This document shows, piece by piece, positions 62,321-64,000 of a stretch of DNA of 64,000 bases. The notes beneath the pieces were generated by a model. The model was not told where the DNA came from, did no database searches, and was given only the letters and a program-made list of their open reading frames with translations. This DNA comes from Azolla caroliniana. Lineage: Eukaryota; Plantae; Polypodiophyta. Positions within the stretch are counted from its first letter, which is position 1. Each line of letters starts with the position of its first letter. The position numbers were made by a program, and so were the translations under genes. The DNA is taken from contig JBHGNT010000014.1 of the NCBI GenBank assembly GCA_043228905.1, forward strand, positions 12,400,001-12,464,000, read 5' to 3'.

Positions 62321-64000
62321 ATGCCGATTCCTGTATCTGACGAACTGCGATTGTGGCTTCATGAGAGAAACTTACAAGGTTTCATCAAAATAGCAGAAGC
62401 GGAACCTCATCCGCAGGCGGAGGAATTGATACAACAAATAGACATCACCAAAATCACAACAAAGAAAATACGACATGCATTACAGATGCCAAGAGGAGGT
62501 TTTGAGGCAGTTAAAAAACCTTCATCAGAAGCACTCCAATCGTATTTCGGGGAATACTCACCCTCGGCAAAAGCATATCAGACTTATGGGGGTCGGGATG
62601 AGTTTTTTCATGAAGTGGCGAGGTTTTTACTAGAGGTGGGATTTGTCAGTCCTCGTTTTTATTGTATGCCGAAAAAAAGGGCTGGGTTTATTATAGCCGC
62701 ATATGAAAAAGAGGATTTCAACTGGCCACTATTGTCGGGGGAGGCTCTGAGAGAGCAGCTACAAGGGGTAAAAACAGGAAAACCGATGAAGCAAATTTTT
62801 GGCCGTTGGTTATCAGTATTGTTTCCGATTCAAGAATCGGAAATTCCTGTTCAGTCAAGAAGACCACCGATAATACAAGCAACACGAAGACACCGACAGT
62901 TAGTACATGAAGAATGGATAGAAGAAGAATCGGCACATGCCAATAATATACAAACAAATATGTCTCAGTCGGAACCACCTAGACCAGAGAATTCCGAAAA
63001 CAGACCACCAGAAACGGTTGACAATTTGAGAAACAAGCAACAGCCAACAGAAAATCGACAAAGAACAAGGATTAAACAAAAGGCTAATCGGCAATTCCAA
63101 CCAGAAAACAGGGAAGGATCAGCACCAAAAAGGCAACGCACAAATGAAAACTCGAATACGCCTGTGGTAACAGAAGTACTAAAACCAGGGGATGAGAGCA
63201 TTTCGACACAACCTCACCAAGGACAATCTTCAAAAGTAGCCATTCGGGAAGCACATGGATACTTGGATATCCCACCAGCAGCACATGAATTAGCGGCCAT
63301 TTTGCAGTTCGGAACTTCATACGAACTGGTTGAATGGTTGGCTAAAAGACTGACAGAAGTATCAGAACGGCTGGCTCAAGAACATAATGACCGAATAATG
63401 ATACAGAAAGCTTTACGAGGAGTGTTGGAACCTCAAGAAAAAGCAGAGATAGAGAAAATAGGCCGGAAAAGAAGTGCACAGCATAGAGGGGAGGCTATTG
63501 AAATGCCACCATTACATGAAGCACTGGTCGAAATTCATAAAGAATATGAAACGGCACGCAAAGCAGCCAGTGATATGGCTGAAAGATACAAAAGTATATC
63601 AGCATCGGCGGAGGTGCTGAAGCATCAGTTTTGTAACATACAAGCAGAAAATAAAGAACTAAAGGAAAGTCTAAACAAATGGGAAACACAGGCACGGCTT
63701 ATGGTGTCGGAATCAGAATGGCAACAGAAATTGGAGGTTACTGAGAAAGCACGACAAGCCGAAACAACAAGGGCCAACAATGCAGTATTTCGAACTATAG
63801 AATTAGAAAAACAATTAGAAACCATTCAGAATGATCAATGCAAAGCTCTCGAAGAAAAAAATCAAGTAATAAACGAATTACAGAAAAATCTAGAAGAAGT
63901 TAAGACGGCCAATCATACATATACCGAACAAATTGAAGAATTCGAAAGGTATATAGTGTCACAGGAAAGTCAATTGACAGAAAAACAGCAGAGTCTTGAA
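62321..64000 (+). CDS. Additional retrotransposon ORF, at least 560 aa, open to window end (not in ORF track)
   Basis: Manual translation without stops: MPIPVSDELRLWLHERNLQGFIKIAE...ITTKEIRHALQMPRGG...DFNWPLLSGEALREQL...; polar linker; E/K/Q-rich coiled-coil-like C-terminal part. Confidence 0.85.
   Translation, partial: MPIPVSDELRLWLHERNLQGFIKIAEAEPHPQAEELIQQIDITKITTKKIRHALQMPRGGFEAVKKPSSEALQSYFGEYSPSAKAYQTYGGRDEFFHEVARFLLEVGFVSPRFYCMPKKRAGFIIAAYEKEDFNWPLLSGEALREQLQGVKTGKPMKQIFGRWLSVLFPIQESEIPVQSRRPPIIQATRRHRQLVHEEWIEEESAHANNIQTNMSQSEPPRPENSENRPPETVDNLRNKQQPTENRQRTRIKQKANRQFQPENREGSAPKRQRTNENSNTPVVTEVLKPGDESISTQPHQGQSSKVAIREAHGYLDIPPAAHELAAILQFGTSYELVEWLAKRLTEVSERLAQEHNDRIMIQKALRGVLEPQEKAEIEKIGRKRSAQHRGEAIEMPPLHEALVEIHKEYETARKAASDMAERYKSISASAEVLKHQFCNIQAENKELKESLNKWETQARLMVSESEWQQKLEVTEKARQAETTRANNAVFRTIELEKQLETIQNDQCKALEEKNQVINELQKNLEEVKTANHTYTEQIEEFERYIVSQESQLTEKQQSLE

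Larger units (their letters stand above)
55896..64000 (+). mobile_element. Non-chromovirus Ty3/Gypsy (Athila/Phygy-like), runs off window
   Basis: 5' LTR starts TGTTACCCGG at 55896 with TATA-like CCTATAAAAG; tRNA-Arg-type PBS-like TGGCACGCCCGG at 56363; intact gag-pol and second ORF. Confidence 0.93.

Overview
Eukaryotic plant nuclear DNA, most likely a fern (inferred from the style of the PPR protein and the TE families; not provable here). Three host genes are visible: exon 1 of a SOBER1-like carboxylesterase/acyl-protein thioesterase (-), an intronless PLS-E PPR gene (-) and a complete five-coding-exon ATG8 gene (+). Most of the rest is nested transposons: a chromodomain Ty3/Gypsy element split by a young Copia, a deeply nested Copia cluster (40-56 kb), several solo LTRs with TSDs, hAT and Mutator-like MITEs, two L1 fragments and an intact-looking non-chromovirus Gypsy running off the right edge. 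Main observations: (1) six RTE/RTEX-like LINE copies from three subfamilies, five with (CT)n/(GA)n microsatellite at both junctions, sharing a covarying 3' stem-loop; (2) an uncalled ORF of at least 560 codons downstream of the Gypsy pol, preceded by a splice-acceptor-like site; (3) a Q/N-rich prion-like segment in that Gag; (4) a Copia family with a duplicated PPT and a ~235-aa pol extension; (5) inverted repeats enclosing the PPT/LTR junction in four different Copia families.
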